Shown here piece by piece: positions 22,429 to 34,160 of a stretch of DNA of 64,000 nt. The notes beneath the pieces were generated by a model. The model was not told the origin of the DNA. It made no database searches and saw nothing but the letters and a program-made list of their open reading frames with translations. The translations under genes and the position numbers were made by a program. This DNA is from Selaginella moellendorffii (Eukaryota; Plantae; Lycopodiophyta): assembly GCF_000143415.4 (NCBI RefSeq), contig NW_003314276.1:2169072-2233071 (forward strand), in the 5' to 3' direction. Position 1 is the first letter of the stretch, and each line of letters starts with the position of its first letter.

Positions 22429-23122
22429 GTATTTTAGTTTTTTTCACTAGTTCATAGCTTTTTTGTTTCCGTCCTATAGCCTTCACAAGATGCAATTTTA
22501 ATGTGAAAAGGGTATTAGAAAGTCTTTTGCGCATTTTACCTTTTGGAAGGTATTTATCACTCAAAGCAACCATACTTCTAATTTAAGTGTTTGGGAGCTG
22601 CCTGAGAACTAGGAGTGCTGCGTCAGAACGAAGGAACTATCATTGAAGACCAATCTCATGAATTCGAAACTTAATCAAAATGAGAGAAAAGGTTTCTTTG
22701 GGAGCTTGTAGCTGTCAATGAAACCTAAACAAAGATGGTTCGTGAAAACAAGCAAAAGGATTTTAGGCGGCACACCATGGTCAAATATTAGAGACAATTG
22801 TGCTCTGAATCATTCTCTCACGAATGTTTATTTATATATGCCGATACAATTATGGTGATTGGTCTTTTAAATATATAATTGCAGTGCTAGCCAAAGCTTA
22901 TCAAAGCGTGCTTTAGGTCTTCAATGGGTTACTTCTCGAGACCTCTAAAGCTTACCTCAGATGAATGTCTTATACTTTATTTACCATTAGCTAAAATTGC
23001 TTGCTAGATTAATGGTAGTTGTTTTTTTAATTTATACATGCATTTTTTTGTCTCGCTCTCTTCCATGAAGAGATTTATAATGCATTGTTGTCCCACAAGT
23101 ACATATACAATTTATAAAATTT

Positions 23123-24457
23123 ATGCACGGGATAAAAATGGATATGACTTCATGTACTCAAGCTTTGTGCAATTTCGCCCGAAAAAAATTGATCAATCAA
23201 GCCCAGATAGTCTTTCAATCAATGCCAGAGTGGGATTTGATTGCGTGGAATGGAATGCTTGCCGCATATGCCACAGCTAGGCATTTGGCTGCTACCAAAT
23301 CCCATTTCGATTCCATGCCCGAGAGGAGCCTCGTCTCCTTTAACACAATGCTCTCGGCATTCTTGGTGGCAGGGGAAATGGAAGGAGAAGAGGCGATCAA
23401 AGTGGCAGAGCTCTTCTTCGCCCAGATGCCCAACCGCGACCTCGTCTCTTGCAATGCGATGCTGGACGCGTATGCCAAGAGAGGGCATCTGTGCCGCGCA
23501 CGTATCCTCTTCGCCGCCATGCCAGAGCACGACGCCATCACGATCACCACCATGATCCACACGCTCGCTCGGGGCTCGGGAGATTTGGAATCGGCGCGGT
23601 TTTTCTTTGATTCTACCCCCGTCCGGGACGAGCTGTGTTGGAACGCGATGATCACCGCGTATGCCCAGCGCGGGCATACCGTCGAAGCGAGAAAGCTATT
23701 TGATTCCATGCCCGCCAAGATCGATTCTTCCTGGAATTCGATGCTCTCGGCTTACATCCAAGCATCAGATCTGGCGAGCGCCGAGGATTTCTTCTTACGT
23801 GCCATGGCCGAGTGGAATCTCATCGCCTGCACAGCGATGCTCGCAGCGTATGCCCAAAACGGGCATCTGTCCAAGGCCGAGGAGATCTTCGCGGCGATGG
23901 AGGAGGCGAGCTTGGTTTCCTGGACCGCTATGCTCGACGGATACGCGCGCAATGGATTCGTTCGAAACGCTGCCTCGATCTTTCACTCCATGCCGGAGAG
24001 AAACTTCGTTGCGTGGAGTGTCATGGCTTCTACGTTTGCTCGCAAAGAATGCCATCGCCACCTTTCGAGAAAGACGAGCGAATTCTTAGTTTTGGCTGAC
24101 GTCTCAGTGTGGAACTCTCTCCTGGCCTGTTGCGCTCAATCCCAGAGCGCTAGCCTTTGCTCGCAAAGAGCGTTCCAGATCTTGAGCTCGATGAGTTGCG
24201 ATGGGTTACATCCAGATGAGAGCTCTTTCGTCTCGATCTTGCTGGCTTGCAGTCGATCTGGCCACGTTGATGCTGCTCGTCGATGCTTTAGCTGCCTAAG
24301 CTCGGATTTCTTCGTGGTGCCCAGTAAGAAACTCCATAGCTGCGTCATTGACACACTATGTCGGGCAGCGTTTCGCCGAGACGCAAGCGAGCTTGTTTTC
24401 AGCATGCCTTTCAAGCCAGACTCGGTGGACCTGAGCTCGATTCATCAACTTTTGTAA
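23123..24457 (+). CDS. PLS-class PPR protein (SS-motif array + P2-L2-S2, stops at start of E domain)
   Basis: About ten 31-aa repeats (FDSMPERSLVSFNTML...), then PDESSFVSILLACSRSG, HSCVIDTLCRA and SMPFKPD. No E/DYW domain and no obvious transit peptide. Confidence 0.88.
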   Translation: MHGIKMDMTSCTQALCNFARKKLINQAQIVFQSMPEWDLIAWNGMLAAYATARHLAATKSHFDSMPERSLVSFNTMLSAFLVAGEMEGEEAIKVAELFFAQMPNRDLVSCNAMLDAYAKRGHLCRARILFAAMPEHDAITITTMIHTLARGSGDLESARFFFDSTPVRDELCWNAMITAYAQRGHTVEARKLFDSMPAKIDSSWNSMLSAYIQASDLASAEDFFLRAMAEWNLIACTAMLAAYAQNGHLSKAEEIFAAMEEASLVSWTAMLDGYARNGFVRNAASIFHSMPERNFVAWSVMASTFARKECHRHLSRKTSEFLVLADVSVWNSLLACCAQSQSASLCSQRAFQILSSMSCDGLHPDESSFVSILLACSRSGHVDAARRCFSCLSSDFFVVPSKKLHSCVIDTLCRAAFRRDASELVFSMPFKPDSVDLSSIHQLL

Positions 24458-24496
24458 GACATCGAGTGGATTGATCTAAGAGTTTATCGAAGACTT

Positions 24497-24712
24497 TTAG
24501 TTACCGGTTGATCCATTCGTTGGCACGACCACCCGACTCGTCCATGTCGATGAAGAGGCTCACGGCCTTGCCAATGCGTGGCCTCTCTTTTGTCTTCTCG
24601 AGGCTGGAGCGAATCACCGATACGGCTCCCCAGCACTTGAGAGTGTTGGCCACATCGTCCAAGTGTAGGAGATATTCTTCCTCCCTCAGTGGAAACGATC
24701 TCTAGAAGAAAA
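24497..24712 (-). pseudogene. Duplicated last exon of the DUF3067 gene
   Basis: Near-identical to 34157-34373, including the acceptor site; upstream exons absent. Confidence 0.9.
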
Positions 24713-25780
24713 TATGTAATTGTTCAGGGCTTGAATGCTTCTAGACACTAGATCAAACTTCAAATTTAAATCATAGAATCTCAAAACTTGTCAAGATTCC
24801 TTGGGAGTTAATTCATATGTTGTTTAGAATTGTGGCAAAATCGAGACCTCTCTAATCTCAAGAGATTACATTCTTGTCGTCACGTCCAGGATTTTATGAG
24901 AGAGTGATCAAAGAGTTTCAAATCACATATGATCAGAAACTCTGGTCTTATATGAGAGCTCTGGGTTTTTGTGCTGCAGTCTCTGTTGTATGGAAGGATT
25001 TTTACTCCGCTCGCAGCTGTGCACTGAGAGTGGAAGAACTGGATCTCGCGTCGCCGCTGATTACTGCGAGGATGTTCACAGATGCCAGTCTGGAGCGCAA
25101 TCTAGATTCCCGATCGCCATGGTGAAGGCTTAGGAGATCACGTCGGCCTGAAAACCTCAATAGCGGCGGTGGTGGTGTAGACCTGACGTATCGCCGCGGC
25201 ATCCACAACTTGGATCATCTTGTTCCACCTTGACTGCGGCAAATCCCGTGTCTCGGCATCCACGCGTTCCAGGCCACAATTTTCTTGCGAGCGCGCGATC
25301 ATGTTGGAAGGTTCCGTCCACATTCATGGAATATCCCAATTTTCAAATATAGATTTACATGCTAAACAAACATTTTATAAATCTCATGGTCCTCCTGTCT
25401 AGACTGAAAGTCGCTTCCAAAACCTTGTAACTCAACTTCGGTCCAAACAAAGAAAAGGATTCTCAATGGTGGTCCATAATGCTAAGTTTGAGTTAGTACT
25501 TTAATTCTTGAGAATTTGCCTATTGAGGTGTTGAAAAAGGTTGGGGCTAAGTAATTTTTGAGCTGAGCTCAATTCAATGAAAGTCAATATAATCCACAAA
25601 ATGTAAAAGTTGATATTCAAATGATTGGTTTAGGACAAACCAACAATGTTTTTAGACGGACGTGCACTAAAACTCTTTCTTAAATTAACTTAAAACATAT
25701 TTTTAGTCCAAGAAAAAGCTAAATAGGTCAACTCTAAAGTGGTTGATGGTGAAAAGCTAATTTATTTGCAAGTAGTAATA

Positions 25781-26356
25781 TTAAAGTAGTTTTAACTTGA
25801 TCTGGAACAAAGGATTCTTGCTGTTTAAAATGGCCAAAACTATGGCGTGATTTTCCCCCATGTTGATCAAATAGTGAAGAACTCCACGGGGAATTATAAA
25901 CAAATCGCTCGTGGTCAAATTCCTTGCAAAGAGCCTGTTGTTAGTGTCCACAAAGCCGGCCTCCACAAATCCCTTCTCCACATAGATGAGCTTGCTTGCC
26001 CGAGGATGAGCGTGAGCTCTCGCAACTCCTTTGGGGCCGAGATAGTTTCGCGCCACGGACAATCCCATCGTGTTGAGTCCCGGAAATGTGCTGACAATAG
26101 CTTGAGCGAAATCAAACGCATTGGGCTTGTGTGAGGTATCCACCTTGGTGCGAAACAAGCTCGAGTGGAAGTCTTTTGAAGATACCTCTGAGTATGGCTT
26201 GCACTTCATGAAACCTTCACTAATATTGTTCCGTGGGATGCAAAAGTCCTGGATTGGATCGGGATCTGCAGCTCTCACAAGGACAAGAATGTGGCAGTCG
26301 TTTAAGGATGAGAGGAATAGAGAAAGCAATAAAAGTGAATACAATTGCATAGCCAT
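25781..26356 (-). CDS. Germin-like protein (cupin), C-terminally short
   Basis: Signal peptide, ADPDPIQDFC, FPGLNTMGLS, HAHPRAS(K), IPRGVLHY; intronless. Confidence 0.9.
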   Translation of the reverse strand: MAMQLYSLLLLSLFLSSLNDCHILVLVRAADPDPIQDFCIPRNNISEGFMKCKPYSEVSSKDFHSSLFRTKVDTSHKPNAFDFAQAIVSTFPGLNTMGLSVARNYLGPKGVARAHAHPRASKLIYVEKGFVEAGFVDTNNRLFARNLTTSDLFIIPRGVLHYLINMGENHAIVLAILNSKNPLFQIKLKLL

Positions 26357-26710
26357 GGGATGTTATAAGTTAACTGATGCGTGATTTTATTTGCTCTCGT
26401 GATTTGGACACCACGTAAAAGCTGGTAACTTAAGTCAAACTTGTGACTGTTGCTAAGCATTACAAGCAAAGACACGTGGTGTATGAAAATTATTAGTAAT
26501 AGGGAAGAACATTATTTGTTATTAATGTAAAAAATAAAAATGAGATAACTTAGTTGTTATCTCATTCTCAAATACTTACACAACAAAGCTATTAAGTAGC
26601 TCTATAAACTAATTTATAGTATAGTTTATTGAGAATAACTATATATCCGGTGATATAAATGCACAGCTGATTAAACATATGAAAATATAAAGTAAATTCT
26701 TAAAGCATTT

Positions 26711-26949
26711 TTGGTTTGCTTGAGCAAACCAGTGTAAGAATATGCTTGAATATTCTAGGATATTTATATTAGTTTTTTATATATAATGTATAAACACGTT
26801 TATAATATATAAACTTTCCCAAACAGTTCCTAGTACATTCTAGTTTATTCCACCATTCACAATAATATTAATTTCGTGTTTATCAAATTATAAACATTTG
26901 ATTAATTGAATTAATAAATAAGAATAACACTACTATTGAGAAAACTAAG
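26711..26949 (+). mobile_element. Putative AT-rich MITE (same family as 6924-7152)
   Basis: TTGGTTTGCTTGA ... TTGAGAAAACTAAG ends; shares ATTAATAAATAA.AATAACACTACTATT with 52930-52957. Confidence 0.55.
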
Positions 26950-27205
26950 CATTGTTACATGGGTAACAAATTATTCTAATTTTTAGTATAAAATAAATTG
27001 AAAGGTATATTTAATATCTCAAATATGAAAATATCTTGATCAAAACTACAATCAGAAATTATTTTGTAAATTTTTAAGTTTAAAAATGGGATTCTTACTA
27101 CTTTATATTCTATAACTATATCATCATCATAGATAAAAGATAATCTTGGAAACTATATGTGAACCATCACAAAAATGATATTTGTTAAAAAAACTTATAA
27201 TACAC

Positions 27206-30200
27206 TGTGAGTGCATGGAATATGGAAAGGGAATACAGAAATATGCATATCAATTAGCCCAAAAACCCTAGCTTATATACAGGAGTAAGTGGTCTGGATT
27301 GAAACCAATCCAATGGCTACCAAAATCCCACTACGTAAATATTAATATACAGCATCGTAGCCATACACTTAGCCCTCACATCATCCCCTCCTCTCGGAAT
27401 AATGGAAGGCCATCAGGGTTCTCTTGTAGACGGGCCAAGATTTAGAGGAACATCAGGAGGAGGCATCAGTGGATCTGTAGATGGTATTAACTGCTCTTAA
27501 TCCCTTTGTATGAAACATTTCAACCACTGCACATACACAATCTCCAGAGGATTGGCCTGTTGGATGTTATGCCGAACCTCATAAACTTGTGATTCAACTT
27601 GCCGTAACACTTGATATGGTCTTTTCCACTGTGCAAGGAGCCCCTTAGATAAACCACATACCATAAGATGGGGAAAACGGACTAACACTAAATCATTCAC
27701 TTTGTATTTCGTAGGTGGACGATGATGGGAGTTGTAGTGCCATTGTTGTCCCACTTGTACGCGGCCTAAGTGTTCGGCAAACTCAACTCGGACAAGTGGA
27801 AGAATGCTCATCAAATATTGATCCCACAACCTAGCATCGGGAGGTCGTAGCAATTGCAAAGGTAAACCCAGCTCCATTGGTAGTATTGAATCATGACTAT
27901 ATAAGAGTTTATATGGTGAAGCACCAACAGAACTCTGCACCCTTGTGACATAGGCATACCAAAGAGATGGCAAATAACCATCCCAATCCGAATGCTGAAA
28001 GTTCACATACTTCGCAATCATCCCTTTGAATGTCCGAACGAGCCATTCCACCAGACCGTCTGATTGTGGATGATACGCACTCATAAAAGTGTGGCGTATC
28101 CCCAACCGAGACGTCAAAACATGAAATGCCTCAGCCATAAATGTAGGACCATTATCCGAAAGAATCCACTCTGGACAAGAATGCTGAAACACCACTTGAT
28201 TGAGGAGGAAGTATCTAACAGTAGTTGCAGAGGCGCTAGCAAGAGCACCAACTTCCACCCAACAAGTCAAGTAGTCAGAAGCAATAATAACATACTCATT
28301 GTTAGTAGTCGACTGTGGAAAAGGTCCTATAAGATCAAATGCGACCAACTCAAATGGACAGAAAATTGCAATTGACTCCAACCGTCCTTCTGCAGCACAA
28401 GGGGGAGTATTACGAACTTGGCACCAAACGCAGCTACGCACATACCGGATAATATCACGTCGCATCTCCGGCCAATAGAAAAACCTGTGCAGCTTCTCGG
28501 TCACACGACGATATCCCATATATCTACCTAGAACAAGAGAATCATGGTAGGCATGGAGAAACTATGGAATAAAGATAGAAGGCACCACCAACCGTAAATG
28601 ATCATCAGGATCTGTCCCCACAAAATAAAGAAGGCCATTTTCAAGACGATCTTGAGAATGTAAATCAGTGGAGAAGGAAGAGGAGCTCGAGAAAGGGCAT
28701 TAGCATCAGCCATAGAACTCCTTGGGCGATGAACAACATTAAAATCATATATATGAAGCTTCAAAGCCCACTAAGTAGTACGACCAACCAAGTTCTTTCA
28801 CTTCAATAATGAAGTAACGATAGCATGGTCACCTTCAAGTAATGTCCAAGAACCATGTAGATATGCATCAAGTTTTTCGAAACCCCAAACTACTGCTAAA
28901 CACTCCTTCTCTATCGTGGAGTAGTTCACCTTTACTAGTTGTAACGTACAACTTATATATACAATGGGATGACGCTGACCAGGCACACTCAGGCTTTCTT
29001 GCATCAACACAGCTCCAAAACTAATATCAAAAGCATCTATGCACAAAATAAAAAGTTGAGTGTAGTCAGGATATGCCAAAACTGGAGGAGTCCTCAACAG
29101 CTCTTTGAGATCCACAAACGCCTGCTCACAATCTGAAGACCAGATGAAATATGACATTGATGACTTTAGCAATACTTACAACGGTGCAATGCAATTAGAA
29201 AGATGATCCACAAAACGACTGAGATACTGCACATTTCTTAGGAAGTGCTACACATCATTCACACACTTTGAAGTAGGGAACTTTAGAATGGCTACAAGTT
29301 TGTCATGATCAACTTACAAACCCTCACGAGAAATACGGTACCCAAGATAAGTTGTGTCTTTGGATCTAAACATGCACTTTGACCATTTCAGCTTTAAACC
29401 AATGTCCTGTAGCCGATCCAACACTTTACACACATCACGAATGTGCTTCTCCCACGTCCCCTCTGAGTGAATCGAGACATCATCAATGAAGTCAGCAGTC
29501 ACCTCCGGCATATCACAAAGAACCTCGTCCATCATCTGCTGGAAAGTTGCTGGAGCATTGTTCAAACTAAACGGCATCACCAAGAACTTGTACAAACCAA
29601 ACGGTGTACGAAAAGCAGTCTTAGGAATATCTTCTTCGGCCATCGGTACTTGCCAGTACCCAGAAGCAAGATCTAGCTTGGTGAACTAACGACTTCACCT
29701 TAGATGATCCAAGAGATTAGTAGTGTGAAGAAGAGGGTACATATCTGAGATCATCACTTCATTTAACGGACGATAGTCGATGTAGAAACGAATACTCCTA
29801 TCAGGCTTCGTCACAAAATGAGGTTCACATGCCCAAGGACTCCGCAATTTTCAAATAACACCCTTCTCCAACATCTTCTTGACGTTTGCATATAAAATCT
29901 TGATCTCCTTGGGTGACCGACAACGAACAGGAACCTTGATTGGACGAGCATCCCTGGTTGGAATCGGATGATATGTGGCAATCTTGGCCCCAAACGATAG
30001 GTCAAATTCAAAGAGATAAGAATACTCCTTCATGAGCTAGTCAACAGCTGCAACACAAAGATCGTCGAAGGGATCGGAAAAGGGAAGAGTAGAACAAGAT
30101 GGAAACAAAGGAGGAAATAGTGGGGGAACAAAAATAATGGAAGTAGAGGTAGAAGTAGAGGGACAAAGAGGTATGGAAGTGAGAGGAATGGATGAAACAT

Positions 30201-32653
30201 AAAGAACTATGAAACAAAGGGGAAAAACTTCAAAGTCACACTTGGCATGATTACATTATAACCAATCCATACCAAGAATGAGGTCAAAAGCTTGACTCAG
30301 CACCACCCGTAATGACTGCAACTCAAGCTCGAGATCGCCCACATGCACAACCAGGTCCACCTCATCTCATGCACATGCATGTGTACGGCCATTGCCATAA
30401 AGAATGAAAATTGGGTCTGCCGCACAACGCAAGTGTAGATGACAACATGTGGCAACAGGTTAATCAATAGAAGATAAACTCGAACCTATATCAACCAACA
30501 TGGAGAGAATAATAGGAGACCTCTTGTTATAAAAACGAGCTTGGAAAGTAAACACTGGATGAACTGATGTCGAGTGAACCCCTTGATGATACTTCCGAAA
30601 GAAAGATGGAGGGGTCACTAACTTATTTGCGCAAGGTCCCTTTGTTACTCGTGTGACTCTTTGTTTTCCGGATGCACCTTGGAGTCCAAACCTTCTACTG
30701 CAGTAGCACTAACAGGACATTGCTGACGCCAAGGTCTCCACCCAGGAAATGGAGGTTGCCAATCCAGAAAGCACCGACAATGCCGATAAATATGACCAAC
30801 TTCATCATATGCCCAACAACAAACATCACAGCCACGACCATGTCTTTGCCCTTGTCCTTGGACTCGAGTAGCAGTAGCATCAACCTCCATTGGAACAGGA
30901 CTATCACTTATACAAAGTGGAGCTGAAGGACGTGCAACGAGAAGTGGAAGAGGCGACGTCTCATAATGTTGTGCCAAGCGAAGAGCATCATCAAGGGTGG
31001 TAGGAGCAAATGCATGCATAAGTCTGACAAGATCTTGATGAAGTGTTGGCCACAACATTCCTAGCTTGATTCGCTCCGACATATTGGGCTCCGCACGAAG
31101 TAAAAGACTTCGGAAATGAACGCCAAATTGCATCATTGACTCAGATGTCCCTTGGTGTAGCGCATGTGATCATGGGATGAGATTTGGATATACTGTCACC
31201 GTGGATCCTTGGAACCTTGGGGGATAAAATGGGGATAAAATAGCCACTAAGGGCTCTCTCATCAAGCAATTGCCCCTTTTCCAGTTGGCTTAAGGGGAGA
31301 GAGATAAGGTGCGCTACAGTTGGTATCGGAGCAAATGGCACGGGTTCGATTCCCATTGATTAGTGGCTACCTAAAATATAATATACCCTTGAGCAAGGTA
31401 TATTCCTACCCCTAAATTAGAAAATTGTACGTATTGGGCATCCATGCGTACGTCCTTCCTCTTGTGGAGCATCCCAGACGAAGGTATCCACCGTGGGACT
31501 GCGGTACGGGTGGATGACTAGTTGCCTCACATGGAATAGCTGGTCTACACAATGGAAGGATTGGTAGATTCAGTGCGGAAATGGAGGTGCTGGTTCCCCT
31601 TGGCTCAGTAGGGGTTGTTAGTCAATAGTCAATGAGGACATTGACATCTCTGAAGGGGGGGTGAGTGTAGCGCATGTGATCATGGGATGAGATTTGGATA
31701 TATTGTCACCGTGGATCCTTGGAACCTTGGGGGATAAAATGGGGATAAAATAGCCACTAAGGGCTCTCTCATCAAGCAATTGCCCCTTTTCCAGTTGGCT
31801 TAAGGGGAGAGAGATAAGGTGCGCTACACTTGGCGAAGACGATGCAATTGTTGGAAGGCATCATCACAATTGTCGGCATGTTCGAAGGCGCGTTTAAAGA
31901 CGTCCGGAAGAACACTCCAATCCCTACGAGTAGCTATGCTCAATCCATTGTACCACTGCAACGCCATCCCTTGGAAACACGTGGGAAACTCACACAAACA
32001 TCGAGCATCATCCCAAGAATGATATGTGGCAATTACCGTGAAGTGATCGAACCAATGGTACACATCATCCCCAGGATTCCTGAGAAAGAACTCCGGCCGA
32101 ACGCGAGGATTGGCATCAAGAGCAGGAGGAATTGTATCACGTGCTGTGAATGTCGCCATTAATTGAGTTTGGTTGTTCAATTGCAAGCGCATAGCATCAA
32201 GCAATTGGACCAATTGCTGCTCTAGAGTCAAAGGAGGAGATTGTTGATCTGCCATGAAGATGAATGAAAAAGAAAGAGCAAAAGAAGAGAAATGACAAAA
32301 AGCTAGAAGATCTAGACAATGCAAAAAGTTAGATCTAAACCAAAATCCTAAAAGGGAAGAACAGAAGAAAGGAAATGGAAAAAGCTAGATTTAGATGATG
32401 TAAAAGCTAGATCTAAATCAAAATCCCAAATCCAAGCACTCTTCAGGGACAATCAAAGGTGCCCTTCACTTCCACCAATGTGAGTGCATGGAATATGGAC
32501 TGGGAATACAGAAATGTGCATATCAATTAGCCCAAAAACCCTAGCTTATATACAAGAGCGAGTGGTCCAGATTGAAACCAATCCAACGGTTACTAAAATC
32601 CCACTATACTAATATTAGTATACAGCATCATAGCCGTACACTTGACCCTCACA
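27206..32653 (-). mobile_element. Ty3/gypsy family A, copy A3 (best preserved)
   Basis: LTRs at 27206-27380 and 32479-32653 (TGTGAG..CTCACA); flanks ACAC/ACAC. Integrase ORF of 340 aa (HHCC remnant, DDE core, GPY/F-like motif, no chromodomain); RT KTAFRTPFGLYKFLVMPF..FIDD; PBS TGGTGGAAGTGAAGGG; [18 protein letters not shown]. Confidence 0.96.
31156..31828 (+). mobile_element. TRIM (non-autonomous miniature LTR element), young, nested in A3 gag
   Basis: 163-bp LTRs (31156-31318, 31666-31828) differing at one base; PBS TGGTATCGGAGC (tRNA-iMet type); [17 protein letters not shown]; TSD CTTGG. Confidence 0.95.
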
Positions 32654-32756
32654 ACACCATATTTGTTTATTTTATGGAAAACAAAATATATATTATAATT
32701 TTTCAAATGTTTCAAACAAAAGAAAAAAAATTAATCACTTGATTCAGTTTAGACAA

Positions 32757-33308
32757 TGTAGTGCACCTTTTTTCTCTTCCCTTAAGCCAACTGGAAAAGG
32801 GGCAATTGCTTGATAAGAGAGCCCTTAATGGCTATTTTATCCCTATTTATCCCCTAAGGTTCCAAAGATCCATGATGACAGTATATCCAAACTTCATCCC
32901 ATGATCACATGAGATTGTAATAGTAAATAAGGATATTGATTATTACCTTCGTCCATATTTCCGCACTAAATCTACCAATCCTTCCATGATCAGATGAGAT
33001 TGTAATAGTTAATAAGAATATTGACTATTACCTTCATTCGTATTTCCACACTGAATCTACCAATCGTCTGTATTTCCGCACTGAATCTACCGTACCGCAG
33101 TCCCACAGTGGCCCATACATACGATTTCAAATTTAGGTAAGAATATACCTTACTCAAGGGTATATTATATTTTTAAGTAGCCATTAATCAATAAGAATCG
33201 AACTCGTGCCATTTGCTCTGATATCAATTGTAGCGCATTTTATCTGGAAAAAAGGCAATTGCTTGATGAGAGAGCCCTTAATGGCTATTTATGATCACAT
33301 GTGCTATA
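32757..33308 (-). mobile_element. Degenerate second copy of the same TRIM
   Basis: Reverse-complement LTR remnants at 32757-32911 and 33229-33308; PBS remnant GCTCTGATATCA; TSD GACAA. Confidence 0.88.
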
Positions 33309-33510
33309 GACAAGGAGGTTTATATAAAGAGTTTTAAATAATAATTATTGTCTTTGAGTGGAAAAATTTCTTATTTACAATTGTGTTTCCTATTTAATTA
33401 TAAATATTTATATATTAATTTAAATAATCAATGTTTTCAATTTTTTAATCATATCAAAGGTTTGTAACATATGCAACACCTTGGCATTTTTTATTCTATG
33501 TGACATGAAA

Positions 33511-34093
33511 GATGAGGTGATCAAAGTGGCAGAGCTCTTCTTCAGCAATGCAATGTCAAGCGAGCCATTCACTCCATCATGACCGAAGCATGATCACTAT
33601 CATGATCCATACACTTGCTTGGGGCTCCAGAGATCTGTGTGCTGGAATGCGATGACTACTGCATATGCCCAGCGCAGGCATACTGTCGAAGCGAGAAAGC
33701 TACTGACTCCATGCCCGCCAAGATCGATCTTCCTGGAATTCGATGCTCTCGTCTTCAGATATTCGCTCGCTTTCTTGGAAAACTGGTGATGGCGAGCAAA
33801 CGCGGAAGCCGTGACACCCCAGGCAGCTTTTCCGGCATGGAGTGGAAGATCGAAGTAGCGTTTCGAACGAATCCATTGTGCGCGTAGCCGTGGAGCATAG
33901 CAGACCAGGAAACCAAGCTCGCCTCCTTCATCGCCGCGAAGATCTCCTCGGCCTTGGACAGAAGCCCGTTTTGAGTATATGCGATCACACGCTGTACCGG
34001 GCAGCGTTTCGTCGAGATGCGAGCGAGCTTGTTTTCAGCATGCCTTTCAAGCCAGACTCGTGGACTCTTAGCTCGATTCATCAACCGTTGTAA
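33511..34093 (+). pseudogene. Degenerate copy of the 23123-24457 PPR gene with an internal inversion
   Basis: Matches 23390-23750 and 24350-24457 directly; 33761-33984 matches 23842-24084 in reverse. Confidence 0.88.
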
Positions 34094-34160
34094 GAAGAGA
34101 TCGACCAAAATCAATCAGTGGATCCATCCGAGAGATGAAAGACTTTTTCGAGAGCTTTAG

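Larger units (their letters stand above)
11910..22781. repeat. Segmental duplication, copy 2
   Basis: Colinear with 1-6875 apart from a longer gypsy, a 1.76 kb solo-LTR insertion and two inversions. Confidence 0.92.

Noticed and set aside
24860-25402. Possible F-box/LRR-like remnant (CAAVSVVWKDF, VEELDL)
   Set aside because: Too short and broken to support a call.
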